From: Escherichia coli
Lineage (GTDB): Bacteria; Pseudomonadota; Gammaproteobacteria; Enterobacterales; Enterobacteriaceae
DNA length: 64,000 bases
Reading direction: 5' to 3' (one strand)
Assembly (NCBI RefSeq): GCF_041886205.1
Contig: NZ_CP169029.1
Position numbers and translations under genes: made by a program. Shown in pieces: positions 28,021-41,266 of this stretch. Every line of letters begins with the position of its first letter. Position 1 is the stretch's first letter. The notes under the pieces were generated by a model. It saw only the letters and a program-made list of their open reading frames with translations, was not told where the DNA came from and searched no databases.

Positions 28021-28848
28021 TTATTTTTTCCAGAAATCATCGAAAACGGTAATTGGTGGACGGCGTTTATGTTCGGTTTTCAGATACCAGTTCTCTATTG
28101 TTCTGGCGACCTGTTCAGGTACGTTTTTCCCTTCCAGATAGTCGTCGATATTGTCATAGGTCACGCCGAGTGCCACTTCATCTGGCAGAGAAGGTCGATC
28201 ATCTTCCAGATCGGCCGTTGGCGCTTTCTTATAAAGGTGTTCCGGGCAACCTAATGCCGCCAGTAACTGTTTACCCTGACGTTTGTTGAGACGATACAGT
28301 GGATTAATGTCCGTACCGCCGTCACCATATTTAGTGAAGAATCCGGTAATGGCTTCTGCTGCATGATCGGTGCCCACCACGACACCGCCGGTCATACCCG
28401 CAATGCTATATTGTGCTTTCATCCGCTCACGCGCTTTTTCATTGCCACGGACAAAATCGCTCAGTTCAATGCCTGCTTCCCGCAATGCCTGCTCGCTGGC
28501 CAATACCGCGCCCTTGATATTAACGGTTAATACGCGATCCGGTTGAATAAAGGCAATGGCATCCTGGCAATCTTGTTCGTCGGCCTGAACACCATAGGGC
28601 AGGCGTACGGCAATAAATTGCAGTGATTCGTTGCCGGTTTCCTGGCGCAGCTCATTAATCGCCATCTGGCACAGCTTTCCGGCAAGCGTGGAGTCCTGAC
28701 CGCCGCTGATCCCGAGCACCAGTGATTTAATGAACGGATAAGTTCGCAGGTAGCTTTTCAGAAAATCGATACTACGACGAATTTCCTCTTCAGCATTAAT
28801 CTGCGGTTTTGCGCCCAGCGCCTTTATTATTTGTTGTTGCAATGTCAT
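28021..28848 (-). CDS. nadE: NH3-dependent NAD+ synthetase, 275 aa
   Basis: ORF track 28021..28848; PP-loop [12 protein letters not shown]. Confidence 0.95.
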   Translation of the reverse strand: MTLQQQIIKALGAKPQINAEEEIRRSIDFLKSYLRTYPFIKSLVLGISGGQDSTLAGKLCQMAINELRQETGNESLQFIAVRLPYGVQADEQDCQDAIAFIQPDRVLTVNIKGAVLASEQALREAGIELSDFVRGNEKARERMKAQYSIAGMTGGVVVGTDHAAEAITGFFTKYGDGGTDINPLYRLNKRQGKQLLAALGCPEHLYKKAPTADLEDDRPSLPDEVALGVTYDNIDDYLEGKNVPEQVARTIENWYLKTEHKRRPPITVFDDFWKK

Positions 28849-29049
28849 TGAACCCCTCCAGACAGAAAAGACAAAACTTCCTTAAAGCTAACCCGTTGCC
28901 ACTGAAACGACAAGCGACAGCGGGCTGAATGGTGGTTAAAACGTCATACAGGAATCCTCTGAAAGCGGAGCCGTTTCGTTCATGGGCTTGAAAAAGCGCC
29001 CAATGTATTCCAGGCTTATCTAACACGCTGATAAACAAGAGGACGGAAT

Positions 29050-29388
29050 ATGAACAAGAATATGGCAGGAATTCTGAGTGCAGCGGCGGTATTAACCATG
29101 CTGGCGGGTTGTACGGCTTATGATCGTACCAAAGACCAGTTTGTACAGCCTGTGGTGAAAGACGTCAAAAAAGGCATGAGCCGGGCGCAGGTTGCACAAA
29201 TTGCGGGTAAACCTTCGTCTGAAGTGAGCATGATCCATGCTCGTGGTACTTGCCAGACCTACATCCTGGGTCAACGTGATGGTAAAGCAGAAACCTACTT
29301 TGTCGCGTTAGATGATACTGGACATGTCATCAACTCCGGTTATCAGACCTGTGCTGAATACGACACTGATCCACAGGCTGCGAAGTAA
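29050..29388 (+). CDS. osmE: Osmotically inducible lipoprotein E, 112 aa
   Basis: ORF track 29050..29388; lipobox LAGC. Confidence 0.92.
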
Positions 29389-29420
29389 TCACTTCGTCTG
29401 AAAGCTTGAGTAACAACGGA

Positions 29421-29447
29421 AACCGGCCATTGCGCCGGTTTTTTTTG
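29421..29447 (+). terminator. Intrinsic terminator of osmE
   Basis: accggccattgcgccggt hairpin followed by a T8 run. Confidence 0.8.
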
Positions 29448-29686
29448 GTCTGAGTTCTTAATTATCTTCGCGAATTATTTGCCCGAAATGTGAAGAGGGT
29501 CATAACCGCAGGTCAAGGAGAGACGATTTATAAGGTCAAAGAAATACTATTGCTCAGGTCTATACCGTATACTCCTTTCAGCCACAAAAAAAGTCATGTT
29601 GGTTTCGCAAGTTACCCAGAGCATGGAAGCAGGTTAAGGCTTGCGGAGTGTCTGGCTGACAGATAATCGTCGATGAGGGCAGTTTT

Positions 29687-30007
29687 ATGGAAAAGAAACA
29701 CATTTATCTGTTTTGTTCTGCGGGCATGTCTACCTCTTTACTGGTATCAAAAATGCGCGCACAGGCAGAAAAATATGAAGTTCCGGTCATTATTGAAGCA
29801 TTTCCGGAAACACTGGCTGGTGAAAAAGGTCAGAATGCCGATGTCGTGTTATTAGGGCCGCAGATTGCTTATATGTTGCCCGAAATCCAGCGTTTGTTAC
29901 CCAACAAACCGGTTGAAGTAATTGACTCGCTGCTTTATGGCAAAGTCGATGGTTTAGGCGTGCTTAAGGCTGCGGTTGCAGCGATTAAAAAAGCCGCAGC
30001 AAATTAA
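29687..30007 (+). CDS. chbB: PTS chitobiose-specific EIIB, 106 aa
   Basis: ORF track 29687..30007; phospho-Cys context [10 protein letters not shown]. Confidence 0.93.
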   Translation: MEKKHIYLFCSAGMSTSLLVSKMRAQAEKYEVPVIIEAFPETLAGEKGQNADVVLLGPQIAYMLPEIQRLLPNKPVEVIDSLLYGKVDGLGVLKAAVAAIKKAAAN

Positions 30008-30091
30008 TTTATTTTAAATTTTCCCGTCAAAGAGTTATTTCATAAATCAATACCGCAATATTTAAATTGCGGTTTTTAAGGGTATTTTTCT

Positions 30092-31450
30092 ATGAGTAAT
30101 GTTATTGCATCGCTTGAAAAGGTACTCCTCCCTTTTGCAGTTAAAATAGGAAAGCAGCCACACGTTAATGCAATCAAAAATGGCTTTATTCGCTTAATGC
30201 CGTTAACCCTTGCGGGGGCCATGTTTGTATTAATTAACAACGTTTTTCTAAGCTTTGGGGAGGGGTCGTTTTTTTATTCCTTAGGTATTCGCCTCGACGC
30301 CTCAACCATTGAAACACTTAATGGCCTGAAAGGTATTGGCGGCAACGTATATAACGGAACATTAGGGATAATGTCTTTAATGGCACCGTTCTTTATTGGC
30401 ATGGCGCTGGCAGAAGAGCGTAAAGTCGATGCGCTGGCGGCGGGGTTGTTATCCGTTGCAGCATTTATGACCGTCACCCCATATAGTGTCGGTGAGGCCT
30501 ATGCGGTTGGCGCAAACTGGTTAGGTGGGGCGAATATCATCTCCGGGATTATTATTGGCCTGGTGGTGGCAGAAATGTTTACCTTTATTGTCCGCCGCAA
30601 TTGGGTCATTAAACTGCCCGACAGCGTACCTGCTTCAGTATCGCGTTCCTTCTCGGCATTAATTCCCGGCTTTATTATTCTTTCCGTGATGGGGATTATT
30701 GCCTGGGCGTTGAATACCTGGGGCACCAACTTCCATCAGATCATTATGGATACCATCTCAACCCCACTGGCATCGTTGGGTAGCGTGGTGGGCTGGGCCT
30801 ATGTGATCTTTGTTCCACTGCTCTGGTTCTTCGGTATTCATGGCGCGCTGGCGCTGACCGCACTGGACAACGGCATTATGACGCCGTGGGCGCTGGAAAA
30901 TATCGCGACCTATCAGCAATATGGTTCCGTCGAAGCGGCGCTGGCAGCCGGTAAGACCTTCCATATCTGGGCCAAGCCGATGCTGGACTCCTTTATTTTC
31001 CTCGGTGGCAGTGGTGCGACTTTAGGCCTGATCCTGGCTATCTTTATCGCATCTCGCCGTGCTGATTATCGTCAGGTGGCAAAACTGGCGCTGCCGTCCG
31101 GCATCTTCCAGATTAACGAACCGATTCTGTTTGGTCTGCCAATTATCATGAACCCGGTGATGTTTATCCCGTTTGTACTGGTACAACCGATTCTGGCGGC
31201 AATCACCCTCGCAGCGTACTACATGGGCATTATTCCTCCGGTGACCAATATTGCACCGTGGACCATGCCAACCGGTCTGGGAGCCTTCTTTAACACCAAC
31301 GGTAGCGTCGCCGCATTGCTGGTCGCACTCTTCAACCTTGGCATCGCAACGTTAATTTATCTGCCCTTTGTTGTGGTGGCTAACAAAGCACAAAATGCGA
31401 TTGATAAAGAAGAAAGCGAAGAAGATATCGCTAACGCCCTGAAATTTTAA
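30092..31450 (+). CDS. chbC: PTS chitobiose-specific EIIC permease, 452 aa
   Basis: ORF track 30092..31450; polytopic membrane protein. Confidence 0.93.
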
Positions 31451-31500
31451 TCGATGCCGGTACGGGTAATCGTGCCGGTAAGAAGAGAGAGGAACGATGT

Positions 31501-31851
31501 ATGATGGATCTCGATAATATTCCTGATACGCAAACAGAAGCTGAAGAGCTGGAAGAAGTGGTGATGGGGCTTATCATCAACTCCGGACAAGCGCGCAGCC
31601 TGGCGTATGCGGCACTGAAACAGGCGAAGCAGGGCGATTTTGCTGCAGCAAAAGCCATGATGGATCAGTCACGGATGGCATTGAATGAAGCGCATCTGGT
31701 ACAGACGAAACTGATTGAAGGCGATGCGGGCGAAGGTAAGATGAAAGTGAGTCTGGTGCTGGTCCACGCTCAGGATCATTTAATGACGTCCATGCTTGCG
31801 CGTGAACTGATTACTGAATTAATTGAGCTTCATGAAAAACTGAAGGCATAA
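31501..31851 (+). CDS. chbA: PTS chitobiose-specific EIIA, 116 aa
   Basis: ORF track 31501..31851. Confidence 0.92.
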   Translation: MMDLDNIPDTQTEAEELEEVVMGLIINSGQARSLAYAALKQAKQGDFAAAKAMMDQSRMALNEAHLVQTKLIEGDAGEGKMKVSLVLVHAQDHLMTSMLARELITELIELHEKLKA

Positions 31852-31858
31852 GGAGTCG

Positions 31859-32701
31859 ATGATGCAGCCAGTGATTAACGCGCCGGAAATTGCCACTGCC
31901 CGAGAACAGCAGTTGTTTAATGGCAAAAACTTCCATGTGTTTATCTATAACAAAACTGAGAGTATCAGCGGGCTGCATCAGCACGACTATTATGAATTTA
32001 CTCTGGTATTAACCGGGCGTTATTTCCAGGAGATTAACGGTAAGCGCGTGTTACTGGAACGGGGCGATTTTGTTTTTATTCCGTTAGGTTCGCACCATCA
32101 AAGTTTTTATGAGTTTGGTGCCACGCGTATATTGAACGTTGGGATCAGTAAACGCTTTTTTGAGCAGCATTACCTGCCGTTGTTGCCTTATTGCTTTGTC
32201 GCTTCGCAGGTATACCGGACCAATAACGCTTTTCTCACCTATGTGGAAACAGTGATTTCTTCATTGAATTTCCGCGAAACAGGGCTGGAAGAGTTTGTTG
32301 AGATGGTTACTTTTTATGTCATTAACCGTTTACGTCATTACCGCGAAGAACAGGTGATTGATGATGTACCGCAGTGGCTGAAAAGTACGGTAGAAAAGAT
32401 GCATGATAAAGAGCAGTTTAGTGAATCGGCGCTGGAGAATATGGTGACGTTGTCAGCCAAATCACAGGAATATTTGACGCGAGCGACTCAACGATATTAT
32501 GGCAAAACACCAATGCAGATTATTAATGAGATCCGTATTAATTTTGCCAAAAAACAACTGGAAATGACCAACTATTCCGTGACGGATATTGCGTTTGAGG
32601 CCGGTTATAGTAGCCCGAGTTTGTTTATTAAAACGTTTAAGAAATTAACGTCCTTTACGCCTAAGAGCTATCGTAAGAAATTGACTGAATTTAATCAGTA
32701 A
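31859..32701 (+). CDS. chbR: AraC-family dual regulator of the chb operon, 280 aa
   Basis: ORF track 31859..32701; C-terminal AraC-type HTH. Confidence 0.92.
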   Translation: MMQPVINAPEIATAREQQLFNGKNFHVFIYNKTESISGLHQHDYYEFTLVLTGRYFQEINGKRVLLERGDFVFIPLGSHHQSFYEFGATRILNVGISKRFFEQHYLPLLPYCFVASQVYRTNNAFLTYVETVISSLNFRETGLEEFVEMVTFYVINRLRHYREEQVIDDVPQWLKSTVEKMHDKEQFSESALENMVTLSAKSQEYLTRATQRYYGKTPMQIINEIRINFAKKQLEMTNYSVTDIAFEAGYSSPSLFIKTFKKLTSFTPKSYRKKLTEFNQ

Positions 32702-32805
32702 GTCGTTATACCTGACAATTCACATATCTGTCCTGTTGCTGGATTATTTATGTCCGGGGGGGCAGATATGCCAGATATCAGTATTCTGTACTGAAGGGAG
32801 AAATT

Positions 32806-34158
32806 ATGAGCCAGAAATTAAAAGTCGTCACTATTGGTGGCGGGAGCAGCTATACCCCGGAGTTACTGGAAGGATTTATTAAGCGTTATCACGAATTGCC
32901 GGTCAGCGAATTATGGCTGGTGGATGTCGAAGGTGGTAAAGCGAAACTGGATATTATTTTCGATCTCTGCCAACGGATGATTGATAACGCTGGCGTCCCG
33001 ATGAAGCTTTATAAAACGCTGGATCGCCGCGAAGCATTGAAAGATGCTGATTTCGTTACTACCCAACTGCGCGTTGGCCAATTACCGGCGCGTGAACTGG
33101 ATGAACGTATTCCATTAAGTCATGGTTATCTTGGTCAGGAAACCAACGGCGCGGGCGGTTTGTTTAAAGGTCTGCGTACCATTCCGGTGATTTTTGACAT
33201 CGTAAAAGATGTCGAAGAACTTTGTCCGAATGCATGGGTGATTAACTTCACTAACCCGGCGGGAATGGTCACTGAAGCCGTTTATCGTCATACCGGATTT
33301 AAACGCTTTATCGGCGTGTGTAATATTCCGATCGGCATGAAGATGTTTATTCGCGATGTTCTGATGCTGAAAGACAGCGATGATTTATCTATCGATCTGT
33401 TCGGCCTCAACCATATGGTGTTCATTAAGGATGTGCTGGTAAATGGCAAGTCGCGCTTTGCCGAATTGCTTGATGGTGTGGCGTCAGGGCAGTTAAAAGC
33501 GTCCTCTGTAAAAAATATTTTCGATCTGCCATTTAGTGAGGGCTTAATTCGTTCGTTAAATCTGCTGCCATGTTCTTATCTGCTGTATTACTTCAAGCAG
33601 AAAGAGATGCTGGCTATTGAAATGGGCGAATACTACAAAGGCGGCGCACGAGCACAGGTAGTACAGAAAGTCGAGAAACAACTTTTTGAGCTGTATAAAA
33701 ATCCGGAGTTGAAAGTTAAGCCGAAAGAACTGGAACAGCGCGGTGGGGCTTATTACTCTGATGCAGCGTGCGAAGTGATCAACGCTATCTACAACGACAA
33801 GCAAGCTGAACATTACGTTAATATCCCGCATCATGGGCATATTGATAATATTCCGGCAGACTGGGCGGTAGAAATGACCTGTAAGCTGGGGCGCGATGGC
33901 GCGACGCCACATCCGCGCATTACGCATTTCGATGATAAAGTGATGGGGCTGATTCACACCATTAAAGGCTTCGAGATTGCTGCCAGCAACGCCGCACTTA
34001 GCGGAGAATTTAACGATGTGTTACTGGCGCTAAACCTTAGTCCGTTGGTGCATTCCGATCGCGATGCTGAGCTGCTAGCACGCGAGATGATTCTGGCGCA
34101 CGAGAAATGGCTGCCAAATTTTGCCGACTGCATCGCAGAGCTTAAAAAAGCACATTAA
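32806..34158 (+). CDS. chbF: Glycoside-hydrolase family 4 6-phospho-beta-glucosidase, 450 aa
   Basis: ORF track 32806..34158; N-terminal NAD-binding GGGSSYTPE. Confidence 0.93.
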   Translation: MSQKLKVVTIGGGSSYTPELLEGFIKRYHELPVSELWLVDVEGGKAKLDIIFDLCQRMIDNAGVPMKLYKTLDRREALKDADFVTTQLRVGQLPARELDERIPLSHGYLGQETNGAGGLFKGLRTIPVIFDIVKDVEELCPNAWVINFTNPAGMVTEAVYRHTGFKRFIGVCNIPIGMKMFIRDVLMLKDSDDLSIDLFGLNHMVFIKDVLVNGKSRFAELLDGVASGQLKASSVKNIFDLPFSEGLIRSLNLLPCSYLLYYFKQKEMLAIEMGEYYKGGARAQVVQKVEKQLFELYKNPELKVKPKELEQRGGAYYSDAACEVINAIYNDKQAEHYVNIPHHGHIDNIPADWAVEMTCKLGRDGATPHPRITHFDDKVMGLIHTIKGFEIAASNAALSGEFNDVLLALNLSPLVHSDRDAELLAREMILAHEKWLPNFADCIAELKKAH

Positions 34159-34929
<771 letters not shown>

Positions 34930-34939
34930 GTGAGGATGT

Positions 34940-35131
34940 TTGCCAGATGCGGCGTGAACCTTGCATCCAGCGATTAATTCCTACAAAGGCGGCGTAACTG
35001 CGCCGCTTGAGACTGCTGACAAACGCAAAACTGCCTGATGCGCTTCGCTTATCAGGCCTACGTTTTTCCTGCAATATATTGAATTTGCACAGTTTTGTAG
35101 GCCGGATAAGGCGTTCACGCCGCATCCGGCA
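34940..35131. repeat. REP/BIME cluster between chbG and katE
   Basis: ctgcctgatgcgcttcgcttatcaggcctac (35031-35061) and gtaggccggataaggcgttcacgccgcatccggc (35097-35130) around a ctgcaatatattgaatttgcacagtttt linker almost identical to the one at 27903-27936. Confidence 0.75.
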
Positions 35132-35159
35132 TAAACAAAGCGCACTATGTAAATCATTT

Positions 35160-35183
35160 GAGGCGGCGCAATTGCGCCGCCTC
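35160..35183 (-). terminator. GC-rich hairpin abutting the katE stop (probable katE terminator)
   Basis: Perfect palindrome gaggcggcgcaattgcgccgcctc 3 bp from the katE stop; flanking U-run is weak. Confidence 0.5.
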
Positions 35184-35186
35184 CCA

Positions 35187-37448
35187 TCAGGCAGGAATTT
35201 TGTCAATCTTAGGAATGCGTGACCACACGCGGTGTGCTGCCATCAGCGTTAGCAGTTCATCCATAAAACTACCGTCAGCGCTGTCAGCTTCCACAATCCC
35301 TTCTTCACCCTGGTCAGCGACCTTGATTGTTGCTTTAAACTTGCGCGCGTCTCCCGCCAGCGCAATCGGTTTAAGGTGTTTGTAGGCTTCCATCAGGTAG
35401 TAGTTGGCATCGCCGTTGTCAGCGATATCCGCGATATTGCCGCAAGGGACAATGACCGCATCGACCGTCAGCGAAGGTGCACCGGCAAAGGTAGCGGCTA
35501 TAGGCAACACCGTACCGTCATCCGCAGTCACTTCACCCATTCGGGAGTAGAGCAGTTTGGCATGAACGCCTTTGGCCTTCAGGGCCTTGAGAATGGCCAG
35601 AAGGTCTGCCGATCTCACTTCATCATTAAGTAAAATCGCTACCACGCGACCTTTCACATCACCGTCAGGAATGGCGTACAAACTTAAGGATGGATCCTTT
35701 TTCAGACCGTTGACGTCCGGAGGTGGGGTGATATTCAGCTGGTCGTCAGTCAGTTCGATACCGAGATTTTTCGCCACCGCCTGGGCCAGAGTGAGATCAA
35801 TATGCGCCAGCTGGTCAACAACGCGCTCACGAATATACGGACGAACGACTTTGCTTAACTCAAAACTGAAACCATCGACAATATGGCGCTGCTCGAATGG
35901 CGTCTGACTTAGCCAGAACAGACGCGGATGGGAATAATATTCGCCAAACGATGGGCTGCGCTCGCGAACTTTATTTCCTTCCACGCGTTCCTGATATGAT
36001 TCAAAACCGCCGCGTTTCGGTCCCGGCGGTGTTTCGCGCGGCCAGTTATCGTTGATCGAGTTCGGTTCGTAATTCGCCGGGTTAGTGTCGATCCCCATAC
36101 GATGCATGCCATCACGCTGGAAGTTGTGGTAAGGGCAGGTCGGACGGTTAATCGGAATCTCATGGAAATTCGGCCCACCAAGACGACTGATTTGTGTATC
36201 GGTATAGGAGAACAAACGTCCCTGCAACAGCGGATCGTTGGTGAAGTCCAGACCAGGAACAATATGACCTGGATGGAATGCTGCTTGTTCGTTTTCGGCA
36301 AAGAAGTTATCCGGATTGCGATTGAGCACCATTTTGCCGACACGCTGAACGGGCACCAGTTCTTCCGGGATCAGTTTGGTTGGATCGAGAAGATCGAAGT
36401 CGAACTTGAATTCATCTTCTTCAGGAATCAACTGGAAGCCCAGTTCGTATTCCGGAAAATCGCCTGCTTCAATGGCTTCCCACAACTCGCGGCGGTGGAA
36501 GTCCGGGTCACGTCCGGTGAGTTTTTGTGCTTCATCCCAAACGAGTGAGGCTTTACCTGCCAGTGGTTTCCAGTGGAAACGTACAAACGTTGCCTTCCCT
36601 TCGGCATTAATCAGGCGGAAGGTGTGAATACCGAAGCCTTCCATGGTGCGGTAACTGCGGGGGATGCCGCGATCCGACATCGCCCACATCACGTTGTGCA
36701 GAGTTTCAGGTTGCAGAGAAACATAATCCCAGAAAGTATCGTGGGCACTTTGCCCTTGTGGAATTGCCCAGTGCGGTTCTGGTTTTACCGCATGAACAAA
36801 ATCGGGGAATTTATGCGCATCCTGGATAAAGAAGATTGGCGTGTTATTGCCAACGAGGTCAAAAATACCCTCTTCAGTATAGAACTTGGTGGCAAAACCA
36901 CGGATATCACGCACGGTATCGGCAGAGCCAGCGCCACCCTGAACGGTAGAGAACCTAACAAATACTGGGGTGATTTTGTTCGGATCTGAGAGGAAATCCG
37001 CTTTGGTGATATCGCTTAAGCTTTTATATGGCTGGAAATAACCGTGAGCTGCTGATCCGCGTGCATGAACAATACGTTCCGGGATGCGCTCATGGTCAAA
37101 GTGGGTGATTTTCTCGCGCAGAATAAAATCTTCCAGCAGCGTTGGACCACGGTTACCGGCACGCAGTGAGTTTTGATCATCGGCGATGCGCACGCCCTGA
37201 TTAGTGGTCAGCGCATAATTTTCACTGCCTTTGCGTACGTCTTCCAGAGAATTAAGTTTTTCGTTACGTGTATCAGGGGCTTTCAGGCTCCCAGGGGCGG
37301 TAGGTTGTGCACCTGGCGGTGTTGGTTCAGCCGCTGGACGATGAGATCCGTCCTCAGGTGCCAGTGAGTCCATCCCCGGTTTCGCTTCGCTGGAATCGTG
37401 TAGTGGTGACTGGTGCTGATGTAGGTTCTTTTCGTTATGTTGCGACAT
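35187..37448 (-). CDS. katE: Catalase HPII, 753 aa
   Basis: ORF track 35187..37448; large-subunit heme catalase with C-terminal flavodoxin-like domain. Confidence 0.95.
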   Translation of the reverse strand: MSQHNEKNLHQHQSPLHDSSEAKPGMDSLAPEDGSHRPAAEPTPPGAQPTAPGSLKAPDTRNEKLNSLEDVRKGSENYALTTNQGVRIADDQNSLRAGNRGPTLLEDFILREKITHFDHERIPERIVHARGSAAHGYFQPYKSLSDITKADFLSDPNKITPVFVRFSTVQGGAGSADTVRDIRGFATKFYTEEGIFDLVGNNTPIFFIQDAHKFPDFVHAVKPEPHWAIPQGQSAHDTFWDYVSLQPETLHNVMWAMSDRGIPRSYRTMEGFGIHTFRLINAEGKATFVRFHWKPLAGKASLVWDEAQKLTGRDPDFHRRELWEAIEAGDFPEYELGFQLIPEEDEFKFDFDLLDPTKLIPEELVPVQRVGKMVLNRNPDNFFAENEQAAFHPGHIVPGLDFTNDPLLQGRLFSYTDTQISRLGGPNFHEIPINRPTCPYHNFQRDGMHRMGIDTNPANYEPNSINDNWPRETPPGPKRGGFESYQERVEGNKVRERSPSFGEYYSHPRLFWLSQTPFEQRHIVDGFSFELSKVVRPYIRERVVDQLAHIDLTLAQAVAKNLGIELTDDQLNITPPPDVNGLKKDPSLSLYAIPDGDVKGRVVAILLNDEVRSADLLAILKALKAKGVHAKLLYSRMGEVTADDGTVLPIAATFAGAPSLTVDAVIVPCGNIADIADNGDANYYLMEAYKHLKPIALAGDARKFKATIKVADQGEEGIVEADSADGSFMDELLTLMAAHRVWSRIPKIDKIPA

Positions 37449-37650
37449 TGAACTCGTCTCCTTAATTTATTACTGAAAGGGCCGCTGTTTGGTCAAAAAA
37501 CTCTCTAACTATAGACCACCAGCCAGATCCCGCTTCGGAGACTATTCTGGAAACGGTGTTATGAAATACACGCAAAGCGGGACGTACAGGGGCTAAATCG
37601 GCTAAACTACAGTTTTTCTAATTTTTAATATGCGTTTAGTGAAGCCAGTA

Positions 37651-37893
37651 ATGAAGAAACCGCTCCGCCAGCAAAACCGCCAGATTATTAGCTATGTCCC
37701 ACGCACGGAACCCGCGCCGCCAGAACATGCGATAAAGATGGATTCGTTTCGTGATGTCTGGATGCTGCGTGGCAAATATGTTGCGTTTGTACTGATAGGA
37801 GAGTCATTTCTGCGCTCACCGGCGTTTACTGTGCCTGAATCTGCCCAACGTTGGGCAAATCAGATCCGCCAGGAAGGGGAAGTGACTGAGTAA
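37651..37893 (+). CDS. cedA: Cell-division modulator CedA, 80 aa
   Basis: ORF track 37630..37893; internal start MKKPLRQQNRQIISYV. Confidence 0.85.
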   Translation: MKKPLRQQNRQIISYVPRTEPAPPEHAIKMDSFRDVWMLRGKYVAFVLIGESFLRSPAFTVPESAQRWANQIRQEGEVTE

Positions 37894-38181
37894 GGATTAC
37901 ATACCTCCCGGTTTTGCCGGGAGTTACATGGCCTGAAATTCTGTATTTCGTTGCTACATTCATTCAAACCACCTGTAACAAAAAGCTGCCTTTGACGAGC
38001 TATTGCTATAAATAAGTGATCTTTTTTCTTTAATTGTTTATTTATTTTAAAATGGTTAAGTTTTGCTAATCATTATGAGCTATTTTTGATAGTTTATCCT
38101 GTGGCGTCGCTCTTAAACTTATATTGTAAATTACTTAGATTTAAATGAGATAATAATTTTGTTAACAATATGAGGTGGGAG

Positions 38182-38986
38182 ATGTTTTCTACAAACTTAA
38201 TACAGAGTAATTATGGTGATTTAAATATTAAAAGTCTGGCTTTTGACTCTTTTAAAGAAAGGCTTGAGTCTACCATGGCGGCACTCACTTTCTTTATATC
38301 AACGGGTCAATGTGACTGCGATGAAATAGCAGAATCAAACTTCAATCGTATGATTGCCTATATGTCTAACATTAACTATGATGCCTCAAAGCCAGGAGCG
38401 CCAGCACTTAGTTTTGATACGTATCTGCAGGACAATGTTAAATATAGAGTGATAATTAATAATCTTTATGGCAGTGAGTTTCGGATAAGAGGTATTAATG
38501 AGAATTTTGTTGGGATGGATTTTACCTGTGAATTCCGACCCGAAAAAATGACGAATATTGATCAATATAAAAAACAGGTTGGTTATTCATTATTTAAGGA
38601 CTATATACTATGAAAAAAATTATATACATCCTGCCGGGAGCATTTTTGCTGCGATTCAAAAAAATGAGAGTCTCCTAAAGTTTCCTTCGATAATATCAAT
38701 GCTTAATATCAATCTTCTTTTTAATCCACTAAATCTTCCGGGAATGGGAAGTGGTGTGCTTGAAGATATTATGAGTATTCCAGATAGTTCACTGAGAAAA
38801 CGTCTCGGGTATGAGGTTTTAAGCTTCTCACTACAGGCACATTCATTGAGCCAGGAATGTATTGATAAGTTGGACATTTTTTTCGCTGACGATCTGTTTA
38901 AATATGAGGCAGTATGCATCGCCGCGATGGAACATTTAAAAAGTAAAGCAACGGCCCCTATACAAAACGGACCGTTGCCAGCATAA
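38182..38986 (+). pseudogene. ydjO: ydjO carrying a +1 frameshift (two overlapping ORF pieces)
   Basis: ORF track 38170..38613 (frame A) and 38558..38986 (frame B) overlap; the span from MFSTNL (38182) to the stop is 805 nt, exactly one nucleotide more than needed for the 267-aa YdjO I recall for K-12. Confidence 0.6.
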
Positions 38987-38989
38987 GAA

Positions 38990-40381
38990 TTAACGGTGTG
39001 CCAGTTCGGCGTCGTCTTCGCTATCCAGAATGGCTTTATCGGTTTGCTTCAGCCACTGGCTGGTCAGCGTGCCAGCTGTCATCGAGCCACTAACGTTTAG
39101 CGCCGTACGGCCCATGTCGATAAGCGGTTCAACGGAGATTAACAGCGCCACCAGGGTTACTGGCAGGCCCATCGCAGGCAGCACAATCAGTGCGGCGAAA
39201 GTTGCACCACCACCGACACCGGCAACGCCTGCGGAACTAACGGTAACAATACCGACCAGCGTCGCAATCCACATCGGGTCCAGCGGGTTAATGCCAACCG
39301 TAGGCGCAACCATCACCGCCAGCATTGCCGGATACAAACCGGCGCAGCCGTTCTGACCAATGGTCGCACCGAAAGAGGCGGCGAAACTGGCGATGGATTC
39401 AGGAACGCCCAGACGACGCGTTTGTGCTTCCACATTCAGTGGGATAGACGCAGCACTGGAACGGCTGGTAAAGGCAAACGTCAGCACAGGCCATACCTTA
39501 CGGAAGTACTTCAGCGGACTCACGCCATTAATGCCCAGCAGAATGCCATGCACTGCAAACATAATCAGCAGACCGAGGTAGGACGCGACAACGAAACTTC
39601 CCAGTTTGATGATGTCTTGCAGGTTAGAACCTGCAACCACTTTGGTCATTAGTGCCAGAACGCCGTAAGGGGTCAACTGCATGACCAGGCGAACCAGTTT
39701 CATCACCCAGCTTTGCAGGGTATCGATAGCGGTTAAGACGCGTTCACCTTTCGGCGCATCATCCTTCAGCAGTTTCAGCGCAGCTACACCGAGGAATGCG
39801 GCAAAAATTACCACGCTGATAATTGACGTCGGATTGGCTCCGGTCAGATCGGCAAACGGGTTTTTCGGGATAAAGGACAAGACCAGCTGCGGAACGCTCA
39901 GGTCAGAGACTTTACCAACATAGTTACTTTCGATGGCGTTCAGACGTGCAGTTTCTGCACCACCCTGAACCAGACCTTCAGCCGTCAAACCAAACAGGTT
40001 GGTGACCAGCACACCGACCAGCGCCGCAATCAGCGTGGTAAACAAAAGCGTACCGATGGTCAGAAAACTGATTTTGCCTAACTGAGATGCGTTATGCAGA
40101 CGGGCAACCGCGCTCAGAATAGAGGCGAAGACTAACGGCATAACGATCATTTGCAGCAGTTGAACATAGCCGTTACCAACGATGTTAAACCACTGTACAG
40201 AATCTTTAAGTACCTGGCTGTCAGAACCATAAATGGTATGCAGGGCAAGGCCAAAAACCACACCCATCACCAAACCCACCAGCACTTTTTTCGCCAGACT
40301 CCACTGTTTGTGGCGGGTCTGAGCCAGCGCAAACAGCAGTACAACGAACACCACGATGTTCGCAATTAATGGAAAGTTCAT
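38990..40381 (-). CDS. tcyP: L-cystine transporter TcyP (YdjN), 463 aa
   Basis: ORF track 38990..40381; dicarboxylate/amino-acid:cation symporter family. Confidence 0.93.
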   Translation of the reverse strand: MNFPLIANIVVFVVLLFALAQTRHKQWSLAKKVLVGLVMGVVFGLALHTIYGSDSQVLKDSVQWFNIVGNGYVQLLQMIVMPLVFASILSAVARLHNASQLGKISFLTIGTLLFTTLIAALVGVLVTNLFGLTAEGLVQGGAETARLNAIESNYVGKVSDLSVPQLVLSFIPKNPFADLTGANPTSIISVVIFAAFLGVAALKLLKDDAPKGERVLTAIDTLQSWVMKLVRLVMQLTPYGVLALMTKVVAGSNLQDIIKLGSFVVASYLGLLIMFAVHGILLGINGVSPLKYFRKVWPVLTFAFTSRSSAASIPLNVEAQTRRLGVPESIASFAASFGATIGQNGCAGLYPAMLAVMVAPTVGINPLDPMWIATLVGIVTVSSAGVAGVGGGATFAALIVLPAMGLPVTLVALLISVEPLIDMGRTALNVSGSMTAGTLTSQWLKQTDKAILDSEDDAELAHR

Positions 40382-40513
40382 CCCCGTTCTCCTGATCTTA
40401 TTATTTCTATCACTGCGTAGCAGTCATAGTGTTGGCGCAAGATTAACAGAACTGTGAGCTGGCTCTTATATTCAAATGGAATTGCTTATTCCAGAAAGGT
40501 GATTTTTGCCTTT

Positions 40514-41104
40514 TTAGTATTCAACCTGATGCTTAATAAGCCGATGAAACTGGATCTGCAAGGTATTGATCATTTGCGATGACCAACGAACAGCGCTGTT
40601 TTCGGGTAATGAATGAGGCATCCATACCGACCAGACAAATAATGCCATGCAGATAAAACGTTCCAGTTGGTTGCCCTTTTGGGGAACCAGGATAGGTAAG
40701 CGGAAACGCCAGCGGCATGGCCAGAGCAGGGGAACACCGGCGGGTGTCAGCATATCGGCAAGTATGTGGCTTAAATAACCCAGCACCATTCCTTGTAGCG
40801 CATCAGCCGGAATGAACCAGCTTTCAGGAACCTTGAGGTAAAAGGTTGCCAGCAGCGCAAATACCGCCAGCAGACTGTGGGTAAAACCACGATGCCCAAA
40901 AGCGCGGGCGATCGGTTTTGATATCCACTTTAATCGCTGCCCAAGAAACGACTTTGGGTGATCGATATCCGGTAACAAACACGTCAGGATTGCGGAAGGG
41001 ACAATATGCCACCAGTCACCCTGTGCCAGCACGGGCGTCAGCTCGGCATTTTTGGCAAATACCGCACAAGCAATAGAAAAGAGAAGGTGACCTTCCGCCG
41101 TCAT
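40514..41104 (-). CDS. ydjM: LexA-regulated inner-membrane protein YdjM, 196 aa
   Basis: ORF track 40514..41116; start MTAEGHLLFSIACAVFA. Confidence 0.88.
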   Translation of the reverse strand: MTAEGHLLFSIACAVFAKNAELTPVLAQGDWWHIVPSAILTCLLPDIDHPKSFLGQRLKWISKPIARAFGHRGFTHSLLAVFALLATFYLKVPESWFIPADALQGMVLGYLSHILADMLTPAGVPLLWPCRWRFRLPILVPQKGNQLERFICMALFVWSVWMPHSLPENSAVRWSSQMINTLQIQFHRLIKHQVEY

Positions 41105-41118
41105 GATAAAACTCACTA

Positions 41119-41138
41119 AACTGTCGATACGTACAGTA
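41119..41138. promoter_or_regulatory. LexA box (SOS operator) upstream of ydjM
   Basis: CTGT-cgatacgt-ACAG at 41121-41136, a perfect CTGT-N8-ACAG core, 17 bp upstream of the ydjM start. Confidence 0.7.
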
Positions 41139-41229
41139 TAGGATTTTTATACAGTGCAAGGAAGTGGTGACGGTGTAACTCTTTCTCTTAAATTGACGAT
41201 TAATCCGTCAGTTGAATGCAAATTCAGAT

Positions 41230-41263
41230 AAAAAACCAGGGGCAGCGTGATCACTGCCCCTGG
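41230..41263 (-). terminator. Intrinsic terminator of yniC
   Basis: ccaggggcag/ctgcccctgg 10-bp stem followed on the minus strand by a U6 run, 3 bp after the yniC stop. Confidence 0.8.
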
Positions 41264-41266
41264 TCA

